A stretch of DNA of 20,000 nucleotides from an uncultured virus (IMG/VR IMGVR_UViG_2029527006_000008) (taxonomy: Duplodnaviria; Heunggongvirae; Uroviricota; Caudoviricetes). Positions 9,457 to 17,896 of this stretch are shown piece by piece. The stretch lies in the IMG/VR virus record IMGVR_UViG_2029527006_000008, positions 106,168-126,167 of that record; one strand, 5' to 3'. A program made the position numbers and the translations under genes. Position 1 is the first letter of the stretch. Every line of letters begins with the position of its first letter. The notes under the pieces were generated by a model. The model ran no database searches, had not been told where the DNA came from, and saw only the letters and a program-made list of their open reading frames with translations.

Positions 9457-9519
9457 TCATCCTCCCGTCAACCTTTTACGGTGAACTTGATCAGCAGGCT
9501 TACCTAGGATGATGGGAGG
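9447..9519 (+). other. Putative -1 programmed ribosomal frameshift signal at the MCP 3' end
   Basis: In-frame slippery heptamer G_GGA_AAC (9447-9453) directly before TGA. 7-nt spacer, then stem CCTCCCGTCA (9461-9470)/TGATGGGAGG (9510-9519). The -1 frame is open for 19 codons, to TGA at 9510-9512. Confidence 0.6.
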
Positions 9520-9544
9520 CCGCCCCCGACTGTTGTACTAAGTT

Positions 9545-9595
9545 AATAACTACTACTCCCACCCGGAAGGGTTGGGAGTAGTATTATTTATGTTT
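9545..9595 (+). terminator. Rho-independent terminator after MCP
   Basis: TACTACTCCCACCC-GGAA-GGG(T)TGGGAGTAGTA (9551-9583) with a GNRA loop and one bulge, followed by a T-rich tail. Confidence 0.85.
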
Positions 9596-9603
9596 GCCAT
9601 TTA

Positions 9604-9624
9604 TTTTTCAGACCTACATTATTA
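9604..9624 (+). promoter_or_regulatory. Candidate early (virion-RNAP) promoter
   Basis: TTTCA-gacc-TACATTAT (9606-9622) resembles the phiKZ early consensus (TTTaA...TATATTAC). It lies right after the MCP terminator and upstream of the unit containing the nvRNAP subunit. Confidence 0.5.
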
Positions 9625-9683
9625 GACCGTATACACTCAAAATGATCGACGGATCAGAGAACCAAATTACAGGGCCCTGAAAA

Positions 9684-10694
9684 ATGAACCGATGCTTTAA
9701 CTTAGACTACAAGATATTCAATCCTAAACGCGTTCCTCTTCAAATCCGGTACAAGGGGGGAATTAGTTATGAACTCCACGACAACTGGGATGACAGGGGA
9801 GAGCGGGTTTATATTGAGTTTCGTATTGATGGGGTCGATGTGCGCAAGCTACGGGTTAATCCTGAAGAAGCACTGACCAATTTCGATCGTACTGTGATGA
9901 CCAGCTTAAAGGCTCGTATCGACGACTTAATTAAAAGTCATCCGCACGACGATCTAATGTTAGCTAACCAAAACATTTTCTTTGTAGTAAACATTACGAA
10001 TCAAGAACTCGGTCGTAAGAATTCAGTACACAGCGAGTTGTTGGGTTTCACTCTTTACCTGGGCAAGTTCGATCGTGAAGTACATGCGTTGAACACGCCC
10101 AGCGAAGCGTTAGACAATATTGCCGATACAGCCAACGTCAGCAATAGCGTTAACGCATCCATTAAGTTAATTGACCCAGAGCGCCGTTTCAGCAATCTGT
10201 GGACAAACGTTTTTGGTCGTGCGGTAAAGGTGGATGCAGTGAGGGTGTCAGACCAAACGCCAGGTCTGTACTTGTTTTGTGAGGGCGAGGATGTCGACGG
10301 GATTCAGTGTTATTTCACGTTCGACGAAATTGATAATAAAATACTACAGCAATATGGTATATTCATGAGTGAACAAGATGCACTATTGGGAGGTAACACT
10401 GACGAGCTAATCCGCACTCGCAAGAGTCTGGATAACGTCAAGAAAGAAAACCGTGACCTAATGACAATGCTGTCTACCCAACGCACACGCATTGGTGAGT
10501 TAATCCAACGAGTAGCGACCGTTACAAATGAAGTTGCTGTACTTAAAGCTGAAGTAACCAAGAAGGATCTGGAACAGAAGTTCTTCGAGAAGTTAGAGAA
10601 GAAGAAAGCAGGCATGGATACGTTGGGAGGATACGTTAAGAATGCTTCGATTGTTTGTAGCGCGTTGCTGAGTATTTACAAAACAGTGACATGA
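9684..10694 (+). CDS. Hypothetical protein with C-terminal coiled coil (phiKZ gp122 position)
   Basis: 336 aa. Heptad-like stretch at about aa 240-308 followed by a moderately hydrophobic C-terminus. Lies between the MCP and nvRNAP beta genes. Confidence 0.7.
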   Translation: MNRCFNLDYKIFNPKRVPLQIRYKGGISYELHDNWDDRGERVYIEFRIDGVDVRKLRVNPEEALTNFDRTVMTSLKARIDDLIKSHPHDDLMLANQNIFFVVNITNQELGRKNSVHSELLGFTLYLGKFDREVHALNTPSEALDNIADTANVSNSVNASIKLIDPERRFSNLWTNVFGRAVKVDAVRVSDQTPGLYLFCEGEDVDGIQCYFTFDEIDNKILQQYGIFMSEQDALLGGNTDELIRTRKSLDNVKKENRDLMTMLSTQRTRIGELIQRVATVTNEVAVLKAEVTKKDLEQKFFEKLEKKKAGMDTLGGYVKNASIVCSALLSIYKTVT

Positions 10695-10710
10695 CACAAA
10701 TGGAGGGTTG

Positions 10711-11163
10711 ATGCAACCGAAACTGGTAGAGGCAGTTGATGCCACAATGCCGAGGTTCAACAAGTCAATTGTTGAAGGGTTCCATCTCCGAGAGTTTGAG
10801 GGCGGATATCGTTATCTTAACTATATCTATCGATTAATCTTCAAAGACGTTGAAAAGAAAGGCGTGATCTTTGATGGCATCAGTCGAATGAAGCCAAAGG
10901 AATATATTACATTCCTGCGTAACCGTCAACCTAAGGTTTACGACACGCACAAAGAGAGCTACTATCCTGTCACCGTCAATTTCTCCTGGCGCGATCCCAA
11001 GAGCGGTGAAGTTAAACCGTTCCCGCCGATTGTCACGATGCTGCTGTATTGTGATCGTTATGGCGATGTGTGGATCCGCGATAGTCAGTACTCGTTGCAG
11101 ATGGTTATGGCTGAACGTGGCCTGAGTGTAACGAAGAAAAGTCTATCTTCTTTAAGGTGTTGA
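10711..11163 (+). CDS. Non-virion RNA polymerase beta N-terminal subunit (phiKZ gp123-like), 5' fragment, interrupted by a frameshift
   Basis: SD GGAGG at 10702-10706 and ATG at 10711. N-terminus MPRFNKSIVEGF, and LLYCDRYGDVWIRDSQYSLQMV corresponds to the RpoB 'P-MT--G-F-ING-ERV' region. The frame terminates at 11163 while the -1 frame is already open from 11115. Confidence 0.65.
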   Translation: MQPKLVEAVDATMPRFNKSIVEGFHLREFEGGYRYLNYIYRLIFKDVEKKGVIFDGISRMKPKEYITFLRNRQPKVYDTHKESYYPVTVNFSWRDPKSGEVKPFPPIVTMLLYCDRYGDVWIRDSQYSLQMVMAERGLSVTKKSLSSLRC

Positions 11164-12389
11164 GTTTCAAGACAAAGATCGGTGCGGAATTCTTCCGTTT
11201 CGACAAGGTACATACCGAGCTGAGCAATCTGCCACGTTCTACCATTGACTTGAACTTAGCCGCCAACCGTTTTTATAGCCCCAGCGAGTCCCGAGCCATT
11301 ACCAGTAAGAAAACCCCGTTCCCTCTGTTGAGCTGGTATATCTTCGGTAACTTTGGATTCAGTGAGGCCATGCGTCTTTATGGCGAATGCGAGTATGAAA
11401 TTGGGCCGGTAGAAGTATTGACAAAACGTTGTCTTCCAAAAGATCGCTGGGAGATATTTACGCGTAGTGGCAGCTCCAACAACAAGTTCCTCGGTGACTT
11501 TATTCCGTTGGATTTGGGCATTGCCTTGCGTAATAAAAACGAAAAGCGTAAAGAGCTGTCTAGCATGGGCGTTCAGTATGCCGCCGCACTGTTGTTCGTG
11601 ATCTCGTGCATGCCGTCTTATTTTGAGATGGATGACATTGATGACAAGAACTACTGGCGATTACTGATTGGGCGCTGCTCGGTGAAGCCGGGTGACCCAA
11701 ATGATTATGTGCTGCGTCTGATGGACGAGCATTTTGATTCCATGAATGATTTGCTGGAAGAAGATTCCATTCGTAAGTTTGCAAGCCAATCGGTTTACGT
11801 TAAAGATATGTTTGAGCTCTTCAACTATATCATCGCGAACCGCAGTGAGATTGTGCAGACCACTGACCGTGGTAGCGCGTTGAACAAAGAGCTGGCAAGC
11901 ATGGAGTTTACCTTCGACGGTTTGAGCACGCTGGCAAACCAGTTCAAGCACTTCATCAAGAACAACTCTGAACTCAGTTATCAGAAAGTCAAGAACTTCC
12001 TCACAAACAGTAGCATTAAGCTTCGTTCTATCGACAATGCACGTTTGGCAAATATGATCTTGGAACCGACTCCAACGGACAACCCGTTCTCGGAATACAT
12101 GCTTGGCGTAATGGCTCAGCACAAAGTGTTCACGGGTAAAAGGAAGCAGGCTTCAGGTGACTTTGACGTGCACGACACGGCTAACCTCACAAACGCGACC
12201 ATGCCCTTTATTTTCAGTTACCAACGTGTAACCAAACCAGACCCCGATGCCAGAGGCTTCTTAGCCCCTTGTGTGTATACCATTAGTGGTAACCTCACTG
12301 GTATTCGTCCGGAGCGGATTCCGTTGGCTGGGGCCACGGAGACGCGTTTGAAAATTAGGGAGTCGCGTACGTACACTCAACAGGATTAA
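11157..12389 (+). CDS. Non-virion RNA polymerase beta N-terminal subunit (phiKZ gp123-like), 3' fragment
   Basis: 410-aa ORF lacking a well-placed SD. PLLSWYIFGNFGFSEA, YWRLLIGR and C-terminal TKPDPDARGFLAPCV are as I recall them in gp123-family proteins. Joined to the upstream fragment it gives about 559 aa. Synteny two genes after the MCP. Confidence 0.7.
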   Translation: MLSFKTKIGAEFFRFDKVHTELSNLPRSTIDLNLAANRFYSPSESRAITSKKTPFPLLSWYIFGNFGFSEAMRLYGECEYEIGPVEVLTKRCLPKDRWEIFTRSGSSNNKFLGDFIPLDLGIALRNKNEKRKELSSMGVQYAAALLFVISCMPSYFEMDDIDDKNYWRLLIGRCSVKPGDPNDYVLRLMDEHFDSMNDLLEEDSIRKFASQSVYVKDMFELFNYIIANRSEIVQTTDRGSALNKELASMEFTFDGLSTLANQFKHFIKNNSELSYQKVKNFLTNSSIKLRSIDNARLANMILEPTPTDNPFSEYMLGVMAQHKVFTGKRKQASGDFDVHDTANLTNATMPFIFSYQRVTKPDPDARGFLAPCVYTISGNLTGIRPERIPLAGATETRLKIRESRTYTQQD

Positions 12390-12391
12390 AA

Positions 12392-14761
12392 ATGGCACTC
12401 TCACCTCGTTACACTGGATCAGTACAACCAACTGCCGCAGCTCCGGGACCGGGACAACCCAACGCTGCCGCCAACCCACAGCAAGATGCCCTGGGTCTGG
12501 TAAAGCAGTTGGTCAGACAGTCGTCGCAGCCCACGAATTTCGACCCTGTCTATAATAACATTTATGAAGATAAAACTTTACAGGAGTTTAAACAACAGTC
12601 AGCAGAGAATAGCGAAGAACAAATCGCCTACTTCCGCCAGCACGCTTCGGTGTATGTGGTGCAGTTTGTTCAAGAGGTAAAAATCTATCGTCACGGACTT
12701 ATGTACGCAACATTCCGCGACATCGTAGACAACTACCCCGCTATCAACACCGTAAGCAGCCAGGTCAAGAAAGAGTACATCAAAGTACTGACCGACCGTA
12801 TTGATCTGCTGGATACGATCGCTGTTCGTACGTCCGTGTGGTTTGGCTGGATCATGGCCGAAATCATTAAGCGTACTGATGGCAAGCCGCCCCGCGCTGA
12901 AGTACTGAACGCGGTTAAAACAGCCACCGTTAACATTCTGAACCTGGAAATCGTAACGTGGCTGAACGGCTCTAGTAAAGCCGCTGCTTTCCTGTATAAC
13001 CCTACACAGGAGATCAGTGATCTGGTAAATAAGTTTGCTCGTCGTAAAGAAGTCGCATCACGGGTGTTTCAGTTCTTTGAAGAAACTTCTCCGTACGATG
13101 CAGCTAACTTTTCAGGCGACCGCATGAGCGAAGGTAACATCACCAACATCATGCCGGAAATCGCCAGACTTGGCATCGATCAACGTTTACCAGCGGATAA
13201 GAACAGTGGTATCACCGACATGACGGGACGTTATGTACCGGACTACCACGACGGGATGAATGCGGAAGAGCGTGATCTACTGCGGATCTCTTTTGACCTG
13301 ATGCGTAAACACAATCAGGGACCAGGAGATTACAACCAGGCACCACCTCCTCGCCAAAACCGGGACAGTTACGAAGACTTGAACATCTACGGAACGAGCG
13401 GTCAACGTTACCGTACGGATATTGAGAATATCGATATCCACAACCGTCATCTGTTTGATCTGCGCAGTTACTTTACCGCAACTGCCTGTGAGAACTGGTA
13501 CACTGTAAGAGAGGGAGATTGGAACTTCCTTAAACGTGCAATGAAACGTCGCGGTCGTATTCGTGCTGAAGACACCATCACCAAAGGGTGTGTGCGGTTT
13601 GTAGAATATGATTTCGATCACGAGAACTCGTTCCCAGGATGGCGGACGCGGACTATTCGTTTCACTGACCCAGCGGAAAAACAAATGATTCTGTCTGATC
13701 CTGATAAGTTGTTGCCTCTGCTGGACGTCGACACTTTCCAAAACAAGACAGTAGTACTGCCTGTAACGGAAGCAAAGGCGTTCTTCGATGAGGAAGGTAG
13801 AAAGTTAGGTCCTGATGCTGAAGTCTTCGAGAAACTGCGTGAACCTGGTTTTGATTTCCGCGTGATTGACAGTGGCGATAAACTGCGCACTGGCAATAGC
13901 AAAGATATCCTTGACCGCATGCTGGTATCCGGAAGTTCACTGGCAGAAGAAACCGAAAAACCTGTGGCTGTGCTGGGTGAATTCGAAATCACCGGTCGTC
14001 GTCTGTTTGCTACTCGTCAACAGCGTGATGGTGTTATCGCTCGTTTCCCTATGCTGTTCCAGGGTAACGAAAGTAACCAAGATAATTCCTACTTCGGGAT
14101 TATCGACAGCATTGCGCGCCAGATGGCACGCTCACCGATTGACAACGATGATACGCCTGATGAATATCGCTTTGATAACTTCATCAGTCAACGCCTGACG
14201 CTGGATATCAATGACTGGCTGGTTAACGCCTGCGGCTATGTGCTCAACCAGTACGATGGTGAAGTGTTAAACGTTGACAACATCTTGTTGGACTACCAGG
14301 AGCTCAAAGCCGTTCTTCTGGAGAAAGACAAGGAAGTGTATGACATCCTTAATCAGACCGGTCGTGATTCGCTGATCAAGTCTCAGCTTGAGATCTTTGA
14401 AACGCCTACCGCACCTACTGAAGAGATGTCAGTCACTGAGCGTGAAGAGCACATGATGTCGCTCTATCGCAGCCGTAAGTACCACAGCATCGTAATCTGG
14501 AATGAACCGGGTCCTAAACCAACCCAGGGCAAACCAATTACTCTGCGCCGTAGCAACAACCCGGAGTTCTTTAGTTTGGTCGACACTCTGCGCGCTCGCG
14601 TACAGGGTCAAGGTCAAGTGCTGGACACACAAAGCATCTTCGTGATGTATAAATATAGCCATGACATCTTCATGGTAACGCCGACTGTTTATGATGATAA
14701 CGTTGTGACGATCCGCACGGTCAGACCAACGCGTACCTTCTTAAGCCCGGCCTTTGGGTAA
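12392..14761 (+). CDS. Large hypothetical protein (789 aa)
   Basis: Long ORF starting 2 nt after the nvRNAP stop, with SD AGGA. P/A/Q-rich N-terminus; no recognised catalytic motif. Ends at a hairpin. Confidence 0.8.
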   Translation: MALSPRYTGSVQPTAAAPGPGQPNAAANPQQDALGLVKQLVRQSSQPTNFDPVYNNIYEDKTLQEFKQQSAENSEEQIAYFRQHASVYVVQFVQEVKIYRHGLMYATFRDIVDNYPAINTVSSQVKKEYIKVLTDRIDLLDTIAVRTSVWFGWIMAEIIKRTDGKPPRAEVLNAVKTATVNILNLEIVTWLNGSSKAAAFLYNPTQEISDLVNKFARRKEVASRVFQFFEETSPYDAANFSGDRMSEGNITNIMPEIARLGIDQRLPADKNSGITDMTGRYVPDYHDGMNAEERDLLRISFDLMRKHNQGPGDYNQAPPPRQNRDSYEDLNIYGTSGQRYRTDIENIDIHNRHLFDLRSYFTATACENWYTVREGDWNFLKRAMKRRGRIRAEDTITKGCVRFVEYDFDHENSFPGWRTRTIRFTDPAEKQMILSDPDKLLPLLDVDTFQNKTVVLPVTEAKAFFDEEGRKLGPDAEVFEKLREPGFDFRVIDSGDKLRTGNSKDILDRMLVSGSSLAEETEKPVAVLGEFEITGRRLFATRQQRDGVIARFPMLFQGNESNQDNSYFGIIDSIARQMARSPIDNDDTPDEYRFDNFISQRLTLDINDWLVNACGYVLNQYDGEVLNVDNILLDYQELKAVLLEKDKEVYDILNQTGRDSLIKSQLEIFETPTAPTEEMSVTEREEHMMSLYRSRKYHSIVIWNEPGPKPTQGKPITLRRSNNPEFFSLVDTLRARVQGQGQVLDTQSIFVMYKYSHDIFMVTPTVYDDNVVTIRTVRPTRTFLSPAFG

Positions 14762-14765
14762 CTCT

Positions 14766-14826
14766 TAGAAATAACTCCTACTCCTACCCGCGAGGGTAGG
14801 AGTAAGGTTGTTTCTATTTTTTTGTT
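14766..14826. terminator. Bidirectional terminator between convergent genes
   Basis: TACTCCTACCC (14779-14789)-GCGA-GGGTAGGAGTA (14794-14804). Outer arms TAGAAATAAC (14766-14775)/GTTGTTTCTA (14807-14816), then a T run. Confidence 0.85.
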
Positions 14827-14830
14827 TCAA

Positions 14831-17800
14831 TTAACCAAACGGATTGCTTTCACCTTTCTTGCTATCAGAGAGTTTTGTTGCATCGGCACTGACTGCAGCG
14901 TCATCTTCTGGTTTAGTTTCAGCGTTCTCGTCTTCTAGCGGCACATCATCCTTGTTTTCATCGTCTGGCTTATTCTCATCATCCGGTGCGTTATCCAGGT
15001 TCTGATCATCAGCATTTTCATCGACGTTGAGATCCGACGTGTCGTTGTCGTCTAACGGAGGTGCGTCGTCAGTAGGCGGTGTTTCGCCATTGTCTGTTGG
15101 TGTAGCAAATGGGTCGGCTGGCGGAGTTTCCTCTTCTTGACTTTGACCAGTCTTGGTTTGGAATTTCTCCAGCGCATTCTCGATCTTCTTGCTGAGCGTG
15201 CCGAACGACTTCGTACGTTCTTCAAGATCACGAATAGCCATGTTGCCCAGGAACGCGTAAAGCGAACTGTTCTGCGTGGCCACGCTTTCCACAATGCTCG
15301 CCATACCACCACCAGATGGATCGTCAACAGCATCGTCAAACGGAGACGGAATGTTCAAGAGTTTGTGCGCCTTCTGATACAGGTACGCCTTGACCATGCC
15401 CTCAACTTGTTCTTTGCTGTATTCGCCCGAGATGTTCAACGTTTCAGTTGCTTTCTCAATCATGGCAACTTTACCGTTGGCTTCCCACCACTGGTTAACC
15501 AAATCACCCGCGGTGCTCAGACCCTCTTTGAGCTTAGCCGCCTGTTCCATTACCGCAGGAGCCGGCAGTGAACACTCAATGTTGTTCAGGAAGTCTTCCA
15601 GGATAGTTTCGATCTTCTCGGCTTCGTTTGCACCTTCGATCTCGATATCTTTATTGTCTGGCTTCCAGAGGTTCTTGTGGGCGTTGATGGTTTGGATAAG
15701 AGACAACAGCAGAGGCTGATTTACGCGCACGTATTTACGCTGACGCTCAATCACAAAGTCCGCAATCTGTTCCTGCCAGTTCAAGGCCTGGTTGTACACC
15801 AGTCGGTGTTCATTCAGTGCTTCAATCTGGAAGTTGTTGTTTTCATCCGCAACGTCCAACCAGCTACGTGGCAGCATGAAGTAGTTGGCGATCTTGTTCA
15901 ACACTTCATTGCGACTATCGGTATCCACACGGCGGAAGTGCTGCTTCTCCTGAGGCTCCACCGTGATGTTAGGAACCGGCAAGTACGGGTTTTCACCCGC
16001 ATCCACTTCCAACGTCAAGGAGAGTTCACGGAACGCATCAACCAGCACCGGAATACTCATCTGGTTTGTTGCCAGCACGTTATAGAAACGCGGGTTAGCA
16101 CGGAAGAAGACTTCACGAGCCATTGCAATCGTACGCTCTGGGTTCGGGTCATCTTTGTTCAGCACAATACGCATCTTGTTAGAGCTTTGTGCGGCTTCCA
16201 TGTTGGCCATGGCATCTGCCAGATCCATTGCTGCTAAGCGCGCAATGTGCATCTTTGCTGCTTGCGTCAGCGACTGACCCACACCCAGTGCATTGTATTT
16301 AAACGCTGCATAAGTTACGCATTCACCCGGAACATACAGAGCACGGATACCCTGACCACGGAACATACGTGCCAGGAAGATCTTGTTGGTTTCCTCATCG
16401 AGGTCCACAGAGATCGTACCAGAACGACCCGAAATCACTGACTTCATAAAGGATTCAATAATGATGCCCTTACTTAACTCAGCAAACTCGCTCATGTCGA
16501 AGTCACAGTCTTTGCCCTGCTGAATCTGCTTCAAGTTATCAATCAGGGAGTTAGAGCTACCCTGCTGGTTCTTGTTGCCGATGCTGTCAGACTGTTTCTT
16601 GGAGCTCTGGTAATACTGGAAATCCGTAGTCGGGTTCAGGAACTCACCGGTGTCAGGATCAAACAGAATTACGTAGTCTTTCTTCTTACGCACATTCCCG
16701 TTGATATGAATCGGAATGATAGCCGCAGAAGGAACATGCCAGTCAATAGGCGTGCCGTAGTTCTGGACACCAAAATCAGTATCCTGTTTCACAAACTGCA
16801 TGAACTGGTTAGCCGCGCGACGATGAGGGAAGATCTCGTTTTGCAGACTGTTCAGCGTGCCCATGGACATGTTGGTGGTTTTGGACTTCGGCTGCTGTGG
16901 ACGCTTGGCCGATTTGTCGCCAGGCTTGGTAACTGTTTTGTCACGTTCATCTTCCGGCGCATCCTGATTACTCAGCGTCTTTTGAATCAGTGATGCAAAG
17001 TCCTCGTTGCCTGCGTAGAACTGTTCATTGAACTTCTTACGCTTCTCCGCCAACAGGTTAGTCGCCAGTACTGCCGGGTTATCCGTAAGGGTGATATCGA
17101 AACCAGTACCTTCGAGAGGTGTGCCTTTCAGAATATCAAACTCTGGCTGACTGGAGGTTTTAACGTTTTGCATGGAACCCATGACAGATTCCAAACCCGC
17201 CACGTTAAACACATTATCAGACTTATCATCCGCAGGACGCACGTAGTTACCGACGTTCATCACGCGCAGTTTCTTCGTGGTCCGGTCAAAGGTAAAGTTA
17301 CCCTGCGACTGTTGGTAGGTGTGAGCAGCTTTCAGATCTTCACTACCTGAACGCTCTACCACTTCCATGCCGTTGATCAAATAATCCAAGGAAATGCGGC
17401 TCAGCGTCAGTGTGGCATAGCTACCGGTGTTCCAGAGCATGTCATCAATCTGTTCGCGCAGTTCGTCTTCGATTTTATAGTCGTTTGTAAAGTAATCTTT
17501 CCAAACCTTTAATAATGCGGTATGCAACGGCGTATTTTTGTAACGAGATGCCCGCGTCGAGTAGTCCAGGATATTTTTCTGTTTCCCGTTGGGATACAGC
17601 AGCAACGAAGACCAGATCAGCTCAGCACGGTCGATATAGGGCGTAATTGCACGCAGGTCATGCGCGGCATTAATGTTGTTAGCAATGATGTTGCTTATGC
17701 GTTCGAGCTTGTGCGGCATAATCGCATTACGCTCATTTCCCGCAGTGAGTTCGTTTGCTTCCGGGGAGCGTCCGTTCTTTGGTACAGCATTGCGAAGCGT

Positions 17801-17896
17801 TGCTGCGACCAGGGGGTTAACCGATTTCACCTTATCGCGCAAGCGAGAAAGCTGTGCGCGGGTGTTGCCTCTGGTCATATCTCGACTTTGGACCAT
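14831..17896 (-). CDS. Portal protein (phiKZ gp129-like), 1021 aa
   Basis: ATG at 17896 with SD AAGAGG is preferred to the TTG at 17920. Large - strand gene divergent from a gp128-like gene. Motifs TGSYATL, IIPIHING, IFLARMF...LYVP...YAAFKYNALGVGQSL and a helical stem region are as I recall them for jumbo-phage portals. Long acidic C-terminal tail. Confidence 0.75.
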   Translation of the reverse strand: MVQSRDMTRGNTRAQLSRLRDKVKSVNPLVAATLRNAVPKNGRSPEANELTAGNERNAIMPHKLERISNIIANNINAAHDLRAITPYIDRAELIWSSLLLYPNGKQKNILDYSTRASRYKNTPLHTALLKVWKDYFTNDYKIEDELREQIDDMLWNTGSYATLTLSRISLDYLINGMEVVERSGSEDLKAAHTYQQSQGNFTFDRTTKKLRVMNVGNYVRPADDKSDNVFNVAGLESVMGSMQNVKTSSQPEFDILKGTPLEGTGFDITLTDNPAVLATNLLAEKRKKFNEQFYAGNEDFASLIQKTLSNQDAPEDERDKTVTKPGDKSAKRPQQPKSKTTNMSMGTLNSLQNEIFPHRRAANQFMQFVKQDTDFGVQNYGTPIDWHVPSAAIIPIHINGNVRKKKDYVILFDPDTGEFLNPTTDFQYYQSSKKQSDSIGNKNQQGSSNSLIDNLKQIQQGKDCDFDMSEFAELSKGIIIESFMKSVISGRSGTISVDLDEETNKIFLARMFRGQGIRALYVPGECVTYAAFKYNALGVGQSLTQAAKMHIARLAAMDLADAMANMEAAQSSNKMRIVLNKDDPNPERTIAMAREVFFRANPRFYNVLATNQMSIPVLVDAFRELSLTLEVDAGENPYLPVPNITVEPQEKQHFRRVDTDSRNEVLNKIANYFMLPRSWLDVADENNNFQIEALNEHRLVYNQALNWQEQIADFVIERQRKYVRVNQPLLLSLIQTINAHKNLWKPDNKDIEIEGANEAEKIETILEDFLNNIECSLPAPAVMEQAAKLKEGLSTAGDLVNQWWEANGKVAMIEKATETLNISGEYSKEQVEGMVKAYLYQKAHKLLNIPSPFDDAVDDPSGGGMASIVESVATQNSSLYAFLGNMAIRDLEERTKSFGTLSKKIENALEKFQTKTGQSQEEETPPADPFATPTDNGETPPTDDAPPLDDNDTSDLNVDENADDQNLDNAPDDENKPDDENKDDVPLEDENAETKPEDDAAVSADATKLSDSKKGESNPFG

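Noticed and set aside
9454..9507. Stop-codon readthrough of the MCP TGA in frame 0 (SSSRQPFTVNLISRLT-TAG)
   Set aside because: Possible in principle, but the phased slippery heptamer and stem spacing fit a -1 shift better. No SECIS-like or other readthrough evidence.
11100..11200. Intron or intein as the cause of the RNAP gene break
   Set aside because: There is no intervening sequence: the frames overlap and the joined length matches an uninterrupted subunit. No homing endonuclease or splice motifs were seen.
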